DNA of 64,000 bases from Clostridiales bacterium (lineage in GTDB: Bacteria; Bacillota; Clostridia; Oscillospirales; Acutalibacteraceae): positions 5,917-69,916 of the forward strand of contig DAITDU010000004.1 of the NCBI GenBank assembly GCA_036839715.1, given 5' to 3'. Numbering within the stretch: position 1 is the stretch's first letter; each line of letters begins with the position of its first letter. The notes beneath the pieces are model-generated. The model saw nothing but the letters and a program-made list of their open reading frames with translations. It was not told the DNA's origin and did not search any database. A program made the translations under genes and the position numbers. This document shows positions 46,635 through 55,502 of this stretch, piece by piece.

Positions 46635-47897
46635 CTACTTCCCAATGTCGTGCCGATAAAAGGCCCCATCAAAAGATATTTTTGCAACACCGGCATACGC
46701 TTTAGCCAGTGCTTCCGGCAAATCTTTTCCAAGCGCAGTCACACCAAGGACGCGTCCGCCGTCTGTATAGAATTTTTCGCCTTTCCGTACAGTCCCGGCA
46801 TGATAGACCGTCACGCCTTCTATCTGTCCATCCCTGTCAAGGCCATGGATTTCCAAGCCTTTGCGGTACTGCGCCGGATAACCACCCGAAGCCATTACAA
46901 CACAGGCGCAGGCTTTCTTCTTCCACTCAATCGGCTGCTGCTCCAGCTTCCCGTCAATGACCGCTTCCAGAATATCAACAAAATCGGTCTTAAGGCGAGG
47001 CAGTACGACCTGCGTTTCAGGATCACCGAAACGGGAGTTATATTCAATTACTTTCGGACCGTCCGGTGTCAGCATCAGTCCAAAATACAGGCATCCCCTA
47101 AATGGCCTTCCCTCCTCATTCATGGCATGGACAGTCGGAAGGAAAATCGTTTCCATGCAGGTTGCCGCAATCTCCGGCGTATAGTATGGGTTTGGGCTGA
47201 TAGTCCCCATGCCGCCGGTATTAAGACCCTTATCACCGTCTAACGCACGCTTATGGTCTTTGGAAGAAACCATCGGTTTAACACAGTTTCCGTCCGTAAA
47301 AGCAAGGACGGAAACTTCCGGGCCAGTAAGGAAATCTTCTACAACAACACGGTTTCCGGAAACGCCGAATTTTTTATCCTCCATGATGGTTTTAACAGCA
47401 CTTTCCGCTTCGGAGTAATCTTCTGCGAGAATAACGCCTTTGCCAAGGGCCAAACCATCCGCCTTGATTACAGCCGGATAGCAGTTTTTCCGGCGGATGC
47501 TCGCCAGAACTTTTTCCGGGCTGTCAAACACTTCATAGTCTGCTGTCGGAATCCCGTACTTTTTCATAAGCCCTTTGGAAAACACTTTGCTGCTTTCAAT
47601 CTCGGCCGCCTTTGCCGTCGGGCCAAATGCACGGATTCCTGCACTTTCCAGTTTATCCACCATACCCGAAGCAAGCGGGTTGTCCGGTGCAACGAATACA
47701 AGGTCAACCGCGTTTTCCCGGGAAAACTTGATAACACCGGGAATATCTGATGCCGGAATCGGGACACATTCCGCATCGCATGAAATGCCACCATTGCCCG
47801 GCGCGCAAAAGATTTCTCCAGTTCTTGGGCTTTCTTTCAGCTTGCGGACAATCGCATGTTCGCGTCCGCCGCCTCCAACTACAAGAATTTTCATCAT
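46635..47897 (-). CDS. purD: Phosphoribosylamine--glycine ligase
   Basis: 420 aa. MKILVVGGGGREHA N-terminus and ATP-grasp. Confidence 0.95.
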   Translation of the reverse strand: MMKILVVGGGGREHAIVRKLKESPRTGEIFCAPGNGGISCDAECVPIPASDIPGVIKFSRENAVDLVFVAPDNPLASGMVDKLESAGIRAFGPTAKAAEIESSKVFSKGLMKKYGIPTADYEVFDSPEKVLASIRRKNCYPAVIKADGLALGKGVILAEDYSEAESAVKTIMEDKKFGVSGNRVVVEDFLTGPEVSVLAFTDGNCVKPMVSSKDHKRALDGDKGLNTGGMGTISPNPYYTPEIAATCMETIFLPTVHAMNEEGRPFRGCLYFGLMLTPDGPKVIEYNSRFGDPETQVVLPRLKTDFVDILEAVIDGKLEQQPIEWKKKACACVVMASGGYPAQYRKGLEIHGLDRDGQIEGVTVYHAGTVRKGEKFYTDGGRVLGVTALGKDLPEALAKAYAGVAKISFDGAFYRHDIGK

Positions 47898-47916
47898 TGA
47901 AATTCATCCTCCTATT

Positions 47917-49101
47917 TCAGTGATGGAACAGGCGAAGGCCAGTAAAGGCCATTGCAATGCCATATTTATCACAGGTCTCAATAACATTGTCGTCACGAAT
48001 CGAACCGCCTGGCTGTGCAATGTAGGCAACCCCGGAGCGGTGTGCCCGCTCAATGTTATCGCCAAATGGGAAAAATGCGTCAGATCCGAGGGAAACTCCA
48101 TTCTGCTCTGCAAGCCACGCTTGCTTCTCGTCTTTGGGAAAAGGCTTCGGTTTCTTTGAAAAAGTCTGCTCCCAGACACCATCCGCAAGGATTTCCTCGG
48201 AATTATCAGAAAGGTAAACATCAATCGCATTGTCTCGGTCCGGACGGTGAATCCCTTGCCGGAACGGCAGGGAAAGCACTTTCGGGTGCTGACGGAGAAA
48301 CCAGGTATCTGCCTTGCTCCCGGCAAGGCGTGTGCAGTGTATGCGTGACTGCTGCCCCGCGCCTACACCGATAGTGCGCCCATCCTTTACATAGCAAACG
48401 GAGTTTGACTGAGTATACTTGAGAGCAATCAGCGCAACGAGCAAGTCGCGCTTTGCATTTTCCGGGATTGCCTTATTCTTCGTTACAACATTGCAAAGCA
48501 GGGAATCGTCAATTACAGACTCATTGCGGCCCTGCTCGAATGTGATGCCAAAAACGTCCTTATGTTCAATCGGGGCCGGACGATAGTCCGGGTTAATCTG
48601 AATAATATTGTAGGTCCCCCGCCGCTTGGACTTTAAAATAGTAAGCGCTTCGTCTGTATAGCCGGGCGCAATGATACCGTCGGAAACCTCGCGCTTGAGC
48701 AGGAGGGCTGTCTCGCGGTCGCAGGGATCGGAGAGTGCTGCAAAGTCGCCATAGGAAGACATGCGGTCTGCACCGCGCGCCGCCGCATAGGCAGAAGCAA
48801 GCGGGGTAAGGTCAAGGTCATCCACAAAGAAAGCTTTTTTTGCCGTATCAGAAAGCTCCAATGCGACCGCAGCACCCGCCGGGCTGACATGTTTAAAGGA
48901 TGCCGCAGCAGGCAGGCCAGTCGCCCGCTTCAGTTCTTGAACCAGCTGCCAGCTGTTAAGGGCATCAAGGAAATTGATATAGCTCGGCCTGCCGTTCAGC
49001 ACTTTGACCGGAAGCTCTCCGCCGTCTTTCATGAAAATACGTGCAGGCTTCTGGTTTGGGTTGCAGCCATATTTCAGCATCAATTCGTTTGCCATCAGCA
49101 A
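47917..49101 (-). CDS. purH: AICAR formyltransferase domain-only PurH (no MGS-like IMP cyclohydrolase domain)
   Basis: 394 aa. LKYGCNPNQ and the C-terminal AICARFT signature. It begins directly with the transformylase domain. Confidence 0.85.
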   Translation of the reverse strand: MLMANELMLKYGCNPNQKPARIFMKDGGELPVKVLNGRPSYINFLDALNSWQLVQELKRATGLPAAASFKHVSPAGAAVALELSDTAKKAFFVDDLDLTPLASAYAAARGADRMSSYGDFAALSDPCDRETALLLKREVSDGIIAPGYTDEALTILKSKRRGTYNIIQINPDYRPAPIEHKDVFGITFEQGRNESVIDDSLLCNVVTKNKAIPENAKRDLLVALIALKYTQSNSVCYVKDGRTIGVGAGQQSRIHCTRLAGSKADTWFLRQHPKVLSLPFRQGIHRPDRDNAIDVYLSDNSEEILADGVWEQTFSKKPKPFPKDEKQAWLAEQNGVSLGSDAFFPFGDNIERAHRSGVAYIAQPGGSIRDDNVIETCDKYGIAMAFTGLRLFHH

Positions 49102-49124
49102 ATACCTCCCATTTCTGTATCGTT

Positions 49125-49844
49125 TTACCGCTTTTCAAGGTTTTTGTTGAAAATCCGTGTATCTGAAAGGCCACTTTCGAGGTTTATAAAGCGGACAAAC
49201 AGAGAAACTTTATTCTCCGGATTCAGGTTTGCCCAAAGCCGGTTGGAAAATTCTTCAATCGTCCCTTCTACTGCAACGCGCACCGGTTCCCCTTCAAAAG
49301 GCGGCAGCGGATTCCCATCCCCAAGATAAGTTTGGATGAGCCGCCCTTCACCGTTAACAGGCGCATCATATTCATAGAAAAAGCGCTGCACGGATTTTCC
49401 CTCCAGATCGCCGCTCTTCAGGATAGAAAGGCGGTAGCAGAAACGTCCGCCTGTTTCAACCAGCCCGGAAATGCGCGGTGTGAAATTCGGCCGATCTGGT
49501 TCAAAGGTACGGGTGCGAAGTGCTTCCTCAAATGTTTTCCCGTGCGACAGAAAATCGTAAACCGTATCGGTCTGGTCACCGTTTGTTACGATTGTTATAT
49601 CGCTCAGTACACGCACCGGCGAATAAATAATCAGCGACGGGTTTACCATTTTGGAAATGTCAAATGCCTGTGTGCGCAGACCTTCCCCGTCTGCAAGGAA
49701 AATACGGTTGCGGCTGTTCGCGCTGCGGCCCATAATGAAATACGCAATGACGGCGCTCCGCCCATCCGCACTTCTCCCAAGCAGGATTCCACGGCCTGGA
49801 TAGGAGTTTTCCCCAATCGTCTCTTCTAGAGAATAAAGTTTCAT
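49125..49844 (-). CDS. IMP cyclohydrolase, PurO-like (archaeal-type) family
   Basis: 239 aa. YPGRGILLGRSADGRSAVIAYFIMGRSANSRNR resembles the IMP_cyclohyd family. Located between purN and purH. Confidence 0.75.
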   Translation of the reverse strand: MKLYSLEETIGENSYPGRGILLGRSADGRSAVIAYFIMGRSANSRNRIFLADGEGLRTQAFDISKMVNPSLIIYSPVRVLSDITIVTNGDQTDTVYDFLSHGKTFEEALRTRTFEPDRPNFTPRISGLVETGGRFCYRLSILKSGDLEGKSVQRFFYEYDAPVNGEGRLIQTYLGDGNPLPPFEGEPVRVAVEGTIEEFSNRLWANLNPENKVSLFVRFINLESGLSDTRIFNKNLEKR

Positions 49845-50476
49845 GTTTGCGCCTCCCGAATTGTTACAATCCCATCTTTTACCGAAAGCCTGTCTTCACA
49901 GAACAGTGAAACAGCTTTCGGCAGCAGCTTCCATTCTGCCTGCTCCATCACACGGCGCTGAAGCGTCTGCGGTGTATCGCCTGGCAGGACTTCTACCGCC
50001 TTCTGCAAAATAATTGGCCCTCCATCACAGACCTCGTTGACAAAATGCACCGTCGCACCGGTCACCTTTACGCCGCGCTTCAAAGCCGCCTCATGGACAT
50101 GCAGTCCATAGTACCCTTCCCCACCGAAAGAAGGCAAAAGGGAAGGATGGACATTGAGAATCCGGTTACGGTACTTCTCGACGACCTCATTGCTGACAAT
50201 AGTAAGAAATCCTGCAAGTACAATTAAATCTATTTTATACTGATTGAACAAGTCGAGCAGGGCTTCATCATAATCCTTCTGAGCTGAAAAATTTCCGTGA
50301 ACCAGCACAGCAGAAGGAATGCCCGCCTTTTCGGCACGGACCAGTGCACCGGCCCTTGAGTTGCTGGAAACGACGAGGGCTATCCTGCCGTTATGGATTT
50401 CCTCCGCCGCCTGCGCATTGATGAGAGCCTGAAGGTTTGTCCCGCCACCGGAAACAAGGACTGCAATGTTCAGCAT
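49841..50476 (-). CDS. purN: Phosphoribosylglycinamide formyltransferase
   Basis: 211 aa. [14 protein letters not shown] and NVHPSLLP motifs. Confidence 0.9.
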   Translation of the reverse strand: MLNIAVLVSGGGTNLQALINAQAAEEIHNGRIALVVSSNSRAGALVRAEKAGIPSAVLVHGNFSAQKDYDEALLDLFNQYKIDLIVLAGFLTIVSNEVVEKYRNRILNVHPSLLPSFGGEGYYGLHVHEAALKRGVKVTGATVHFVNEVCDGGPIILQKAVEVLPGDTPQTLQRRVMEQAEWKLLPKAVSLFCEDRLSVKDGIVTIREAQT

Positions 50477-51504
50477 AGTTCGACTTCCTTTTCCCCTTCG
50501 GCAATTTCACCAATCAGATAGGCTGGCTGACCAGCAGAAATAAGCTCTGCAATAGCGCGGTCTGCATCTTCTTTTGAAACAGCAAGGCACATGCCGATGC
50601 CCATATTGAATGTATTGTACATGTCGTGCTCCGGGATATCCCCCTCATGCTGGAGGATTGAAAAAATCGGCTTTTTGGGCAAAGCGGCTTTTTCAATTTT
50701 TGCCTTAACGCCTTCCCGCAGCATCCGAGGCACATTTTCATAAAAGCCGCCGCCTGTAATATGTGATACTGCTTTCACGTGAATTTTTTTCATCAGTGAA
50801 AGGACAGGCTTCACATAGATTTTCGTCGGGGTAAGCAGCTCTTCACCTAATGTATGGCCCAGCTCATTGACATAGACGTTCAAGCTGTGCTCACTGACAT
50901 TAAGCACCCTGCGGACAAGCGAAAAGCCATTTGAGTGCAGTCCGGAAGAAGCAAGCCCAATCAACGCATCACCCGGAACAATGTCAGAACCATCAAGAAT
51001 TTTAGGCTTGTCCACAATGCCAACGGAAAAGCCGGCAAGGTCATATTCATCCGGCGGGTAAAAGCCCGGCATCTCCGCTGTTTCTCCGCCAATGAGTGCA
51101 CAGCCTGCCTGCACACAGCCATCCGCGACGCCGGAAACAATGGATGCAACTGTCTCCGGGCAGTTTTTCCCTACTGCAATATAGTCAAGAAAAAAGAGTG
51201 GCCTTGCGCCACAGCAAATTACATCGTTGACGCACATGGCAACGCAGTCGATTCCTACCGTATCATGCTTGTCCATTAAAAATGCAATCTTAAGCTTCGT
51301 TCCAACACCGTCGGTTCCGCTTACCAGGACCGGTTCCGACATCCCGGAAAGATTTGGCTGGAACAGCCCGCCAAATCCGCCTATATCTGAAACGACACCG
51401 GGAATCCGCGTACGCCCGACGTGCTTCTTCATCAGCTCTACCGCCCGGTATCCGGCTGTAACATCTACTCCAGCATTCTTATAGCTTTCGCTGAAACTTT
51501 TCAT
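50470..51504 (-). CDS. purM: Phosphoribosylformylglycinamidine cyclo-ligase (AIR synthetase)
   Basis: 344 aa. YKNAGVDV...GTDGVGTKL motifs. Confidence 0.95.
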   Translation of the reverse strand: MKSFSESYKNAGVDVTAGYRAVELMKKHVGRTRIPGVVSDIGGFGGLFQPNLSGMSEPVLVSGTDGVGTKLKIAFLMDKHDTVGIDCVAMCVNDVICCGARPLFFLDYIAVGKNCPETVASIVSGVADGCVQAGCALIGGETAEMPGFYPPDEYDLAGFSVGIVDKPKILDGSDIVPGDALIGLASSGLHSNGFSLVRRVLNVSEHSLNVYVNELGHTLGEELLTPTKIYVKPVLSLMKKIHVKAVSHITGGGFYENVPRMLREGVKAKIEKAALPKKPIFSILQHEGDIPEHDMYNTFNMGIGMCLAVSKEDADRAIAELISAGQPAYLIGEIAEGEKEVELC

Positions 51505-51522
51505 CGGTTCCTCCTCCGCCTC

Positions 51523-52029
51523 TTAAAGCTTTTCGGCTTCCGCCTGAACTGCACTGTTCTTTGCGGCAACTTTTTCTTCCATCTGCTTTTTCATGTCCTT
51601 CAGCTTTGCTGCAAGAGCAGCATCACTTAAGGCAAGAATCTCTACCGCAAGAACAGCGGCATTCTCAGCCCCGTTTACTGCAACCGTAGCAACAGGGATG
51701 CCGCTTGGCATCTGCACGGTAGCAAGCAGGGCATCAAGCCCGCCAAATGCAGCGGATTTCATTGGGATACCGATAACAGGGAGTGTTGTATATGCTGCAA
51801 GTACTCCGGCAAGATGGGCAGCCATCCCGGCTGCCGCAATGATAACGCCAAAACCGTTCTTCTCTGCACTGGATGCAAATTCTGCGGCTTCCCGCGGAGT
51901 ACGGTGGGCGGAAATCACACGTGTTTCTACGGGGATGCCAAAGGATTTGAGCTTCTTGACAGCAGCGGAAACGGTTGGGAAATCACTGTCACTGCCCATA
52001 ACAACGGCAACTTTTTTCTGTTCATTCAT
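51523..52029 (-). CDS. purE: 5-(carboxyamino)imidazole ribonucleotide mutase
   Basis: 168 aa. VAVVMGSDSD and AGMAAHLAGV motifs. Confidence 0.95.
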   Translation of the reverse strand: MNEQKKVAVVMGSDSDFPTVSAAVKKLKSFGIPVETRVISAHRTPREAAEFASSAEKNGFGVIIAAAGMAAHLAGVLAAYTTLPVIGIPMKSAAFGGLDALLATVQMPSGIPVATVAVNGAENAAVLAVEILALSDAALAAKLKDMKKQMEEKVAAKNSAVQAEAEKL

Positions 52030-52119
52030 AAGGGAAGCACTCCTTTTCCTGATGGTTGCAAATTCCTGTTATAAATGCAAACGGCGGTCCCGCACACTAC
52101 TGTGTGGGCCGCCGCAGTT

Positions 52120-53082
52120 TCACTGTCCTTTTGCAGCCGGCTGTTGATTTGGAACCGTTGCAGAATTCACTTCCACTTTCGGTGCATCATCTACAACTAA
52201 TTCCTTGAGGGATGTTGTCAGGCCGGCGAGAGACTGGATTTCCGAAGGGATAATAATCTTTGTCGCTTTGCCATCTGCCGCCTTTTCAAAGGCTTCCAGG
52301 CTTTTCAGCTCGATAACCTTGTCAGTTGGATTCGACTCATTGAGCATTTTAATGCCTGTGGCAAGAGCCTGCTGAACCAGGGTAATAGCTTCCGCCTCGC
52401 CCTGTGCCTCACGGATTTTTGTCTCTTTCGCAGCGTCGGCACGGAGGATTGCAGATTCCTTTTCGCCTTCCGCCACAAGGATGGCGCTGCTTTTTTTGCC
52501 TTCCGCGGTAAGGATCTGTGCACGGCGTTCCCGCTCGGCTTTCATCTGCTTCTCCATAGACTCTTGAATTTCGCGCGGGGGAATAATGTTTTTTAGTTCA
52601 ACACGGTTGACCTTAATGCCCCAGGCATCCGTCGCTTCGTCAAGGACGGTGCGGATTTTAGCATTGATTACATCACGTGAAGTAAGGGTACGGTCCAGTT
52701 CCAGCTCGCCGATAATGTTGCGCAGGGTTGTTGCGGAAAGGTTTTCAATCGCGGAAAGCGGACGTTCAACACCGTAAGCGTACAGCTTCGAGTCCGTAAT
52801 CTGAAAATAGACGACCGTATCAATCTGCATGGTAACATTATCTTTCGTAATAACTGGCTGAGGCGGAAAATCAATAACTTGCTCCTTGAGAGATACTTTT
52901 TTGGAAATCTTATCAATGAATGGTACCTTAAAGTGCAGGCCAGTGTCCCATGTCATCTGATATGCGCCAAGGCGTTCAATGACAAAGGCATGAGCCTGCG
53001 GGACGACCTTGATATTAGAAATCAGGATTGCGATGATAAAGACAATCAGGATCAACAGAACAATGTAACCGGTTAAATCCAT
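52120..53082 (-). CDS. SPFH/Band 7 (stomatin-like) domain protein
   Basis: 320 aa. N-terminal TM, PHB domain and coiled-coil EAQGEAEA region. Confidence 0.9.
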   Translation of the reverse strand: MDLTGYIVLLILIVFIIAILISNIKVVPQAHAFVIERLGAYQMTWDTGLHFKVPFIDKISKKVSLKEQVIDFPPQPVITKDNVTMQIDTVVYFQITDSKLYAYGVERPLSAIENLSATTLRNIIGELELDRTLTSRDVINAKIRTVLDEATDAWGIKVNRVELKNIIPPREIQESMEKQMKAERERRAQILTAEGKKSSAILVAEGEKESAILRADAAKETKIREAQGEAEAITLVQQALATGIKMLNESNPTDKVIELKSLEAFEKAADGKATKIIIPSEIQSLAGLTTSLKELVVDDAPKVEVNSATVPNQQPAAKGQ

Positions 53083-53094
53083 AAGTTACCTCCC

Positions 53095-53529
53095 TTATTT
53101 CCTGTCTTCCGGACGGACAATCAGCTTAACGCCATCGATTGCCTCAACAAGCACATGGCTGCCCAAAGGGATTACCGAACCGTCGGCCGAGCGGGCTGTC
53201 CAGATGCTGCCAAGAACATTGACCTGTCCGGTACCTACAACATTGTTTACCGCTACCGTGACAACCGCAGTTTTCCCGATATAACGGTCGGCATTCGTAT
53301 TTGTTTTTTTCACGGTCAGTGCCCTTTTCACAACGGGACGCGTAAAAGCAAGCATCAAGGCCGAAACCAAAACGAACACCAGGAACTGCACCGGAAGCGG
53401 TGCGCTCAACCCGCAGGCAATCAGCGCACCAAGGCCACCGGCAGCAAACCACACGGAAACGAGCTGCGTCGTCATCATTTCCACTGCGGACGCCAGGATG
53501 ATAACAATGAGCCATATGACAGGCATCAT
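53095..53529 (-). CDS. NfeD family membrane protein
   Basis: 144 aa. TM helices plus a C-terminal OB-like soluble domain. Canonical pairing upstream of the SPFH gene. Confidence 0.8.
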   Translation of the reverse strand: MMPVIWLIVIILASAVEMMTTQLVSVWFAAGGLGALIACGLSAPLPVQFLVFVLVSALMLAFTRPVVKRALTVKKTNTNADRYIGKTAVVTVAVNNVVGTGQVNVLGSIWTARSADGSVIPLGSHVLVEAIDGVKLIVRPEDRK

Positions 53530-53622
53530 CTTTGATCCCTCCTCTCCGCAGATTTTTGGTATGCAATCATCATACCATGAAACTGACTGGCACGCAATGT
53601 TTTTCGGAGGGCCTGCCGCATT

Positions 53623-54024
53623 TCATCCGACCGTAAGCAGATTCTTAATGCGGCTGAATTTTTTATCGCCGATGCCTTTTATATTTTTGATTTCCTCAAC
53701 TGAGTGGAACAGTCCGTGCTCCTCCCGATAGGCAACAATACTTGCCGCTGTCTTGTCTCCGATACCAGGAAGGGTATCTGCCATCTGTTGAGCCGTTGCG
53801 GTGTTGAGGTTCAGTTTCCCTCTGTCATGCAGATACGACGATGCCGCCGGAGCGGCACTGCCCTGTCCTGCATCTATCGTGACAGCCGGTTCCGAGAGTG
53901 GGGCTTCCGGGACATAGAACGCATTGTAACCGACAATTACTGCACAGAGTACAAGCGCAATTAAAATGAGAATCAGAAACTGACGGGACTGTTCCTTCAA
54001 AAGACTCACTTCCGGAAAAAACAC
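53623..54024 (-). CDS. ComEA-like helix-hairpin-helix DNA-binding protein
   Basis: Signal-anchor plus LNLNTATAQQMADTLPGIGDKTAASIVAYREEHGLFHSVEEIKNIKGIG. Confidence 0.8.
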   Translation of the reverse strand: MFFPEVSLLKEQSRQFLILILIALVLCAVIVGYNAFYVPEAPLSEPAVTIDAGQGSAAPAASSYLHDRGKLNLNTATAQQMADTLPGIGDKTAASIVAYREEHGLFHSVEEIKNIKGIGDKKFSRIKNLLTVG

Positions 54025-54033
54025 ATGGCCCGC

Positions 54034-54951
54034 TCAAAGCGGGCTAAGATGGGACAGAAAACCGGTAAAGTATTCCGGCAAACTGCTGGTAAACTCAAGA
54101 TACTTCCCCGTGCGGGGATGGACAAAGCCAATTACTCGCGCATGAAGGCACTGTCCGAAAAGCCCAGCCAACGGCTTTTTCGGGCCATAGACGGTGTCGC
54201 CTGCAACGGGATGACCGAGATATGCCATATGGACGCGGATTTGATGTGTCCGGCCTGTTTCCAGTTTCAGGCGCACATGCGTATAGCCGCGGTAACGTGC
54301 AATTATTTCATAATGGGTAACGGCGTGCTTGGAATTCTTCTCCGTAACCGCCATTTTCTTGCGGTCCACGGGGCTGCGGCCAATCGGCGCGTCTACCGTA
54401 CCATGATCTTCTTTCAGGTTTCCAAGGACGACCGCTTCGTATACCCTAGTAAAACTGTGGGCTTTAATCTGTGCAGCAAGGGAGCGGTGGGAAAAATCAT
54501 TTTTCGCGACAATCAGCAGGCCGCTGGTATCCTTGTCAATCCGGTGGACAATACCGGGGCGCAGGACACCGTTAATACCGGAAAGTGAGCTGCCGCAGTG
54601 AGCAAGCAGCGCGTTGACAAGCGTCCCGTCCGCATGGCCGGCTGCCGGATGCACCACCATGCCTTTGGGTTTGTCAACGACAAGCAGGTCATTGTCTTCA
54701 TAAACAATATCAAGAGGGATATTTTGTGCTGAAACTTTAAGCGGCACAGGATCGGGAAGACTAACCAGAACTGCATCGCCCGAAACACACCGGTAGCTTT
54801 TCCCCTGCGGTCTGCCGTTGACACTCACATTGCCCGCCGCAATCAGCTTTTCTGCCGCCGATCGGGTAACGCCTTCCGTATGGCTCCCGACAAACCTGTC
54901 AAGTCGTGCTCCGGCATCCGGCAATTTCACTGTCATCTGGATTTCCCGCAT
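54034..54951 (-). CDS. rluD: RluA-family 23S rRNA pseudouridine synthase (RluD-like)
   Basis: N-terminal S4 domain and HRIDKDTSGLL catalytic motif. Confidence 0.9.
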   Translation of the reverse strand: MREIQMTVKLPDAGARLDRFVGSHTEGVTRSAAEKLIAAGNVSVNGRPQGKSYRCVSGDAVLVSLPDPVPLKVSAQNIPLDIVYEDNDLLVVDKPKGMVVHPAAGHADGTLVNALLAHCGSSLSGINGVLRPGIVHRIDKDTSGLLIVAKNDFSHRSLAAQIKAHSFTRVYEAVVLGNLKEDHGTVDAPIGRSPVDRKKMAVTEKNSKHAVTHYEIIARYRGYTHVRLKLETGRTHQIRVHMAYLGHPVAGDTVYGPKKPLAGLFGQCLHARVIGFVHPRTGKYLEFTSSLPEYFTGFLSHLSPL

Positions 54952-54955
54952 CGTG

Positions 54956-55480
54956 TCAGGTTCTCCACCGCCGGATCACCTTTTCTGGTTCTTTCCTATC
55001 CGCAAAGAACAGAACATGGATAATAAAGAAGATGACACCGATGACAACACAGCAGTCACCAAAATCGAAAATTGCCGGGAAAAAGGAAACGTGAATATAG
55101 TCAACCACATACTCATGTAGAATGCGGTCAATCATATTTCCGATGCCGCCCCCGACAATCAGCGCAGATGCAGCCCACGAAAAGAATTCGTGGTGCCCAT
55201 AGCGGAACATGGCAAAAATAATAAAGGCACAGACAACAGCCGTAATGGCGACAAAAATCCACCGCCAACCGACCATCATGCCGAACGCCGCACCGCGGTT
55301 TTCTGTATAATCGAGGGACAGCAGGCCGGGAATCAGCGCTTTTGTGCCAACAGGCTTAATGTCACGGACTACAAGTATTTTCAGGAGCTGATCGACTGCG
55401 GCAAATAAAATAGAAAGCAGCAGAATGATAAAAGCCAAGAAACACCCTTCTCCCTTTTGACAACCAGGGGAGAAATCCAT
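54956..55480 (-). CDS. lspA: Lipoprotein signal peptidase (signal peptidase II)
   Basis: NRGAAFG and GGGIGNMIDR motifs. The start is uncertain within the first ~20 codons. Confidence 0.9.
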   Translation of the reverse strand: MDFSPGCQKGEGCFLAFIILLLSILFAAVDQLLKILVVRDIKPVGTKALIPGLLSLDYTENRGAAFGMMVGWRWIFVAITAVVCAFIIFAMFRYGHHEFFSWAASALIVGGGIGNMIDRILHEYVVDYIHVSFFPAIFDFGDCCVVIGVIFFIIHVLFFADRKEPEKVIRRWRT

Positions 55481-55502
55481 CTCTCCCCTGTCTTTTTAAA
55501 AC

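Noticed and set aside
52030-52119. Possible purine riboswitch or PurR-controlled leader upstream of purE
   Set aside because: Only about 90 nt are available, and part of it is the hairpin ending the SPFH gene. That is too short for an aptamer plus expression platform, and I saw no conserved purine-riboswitch core.
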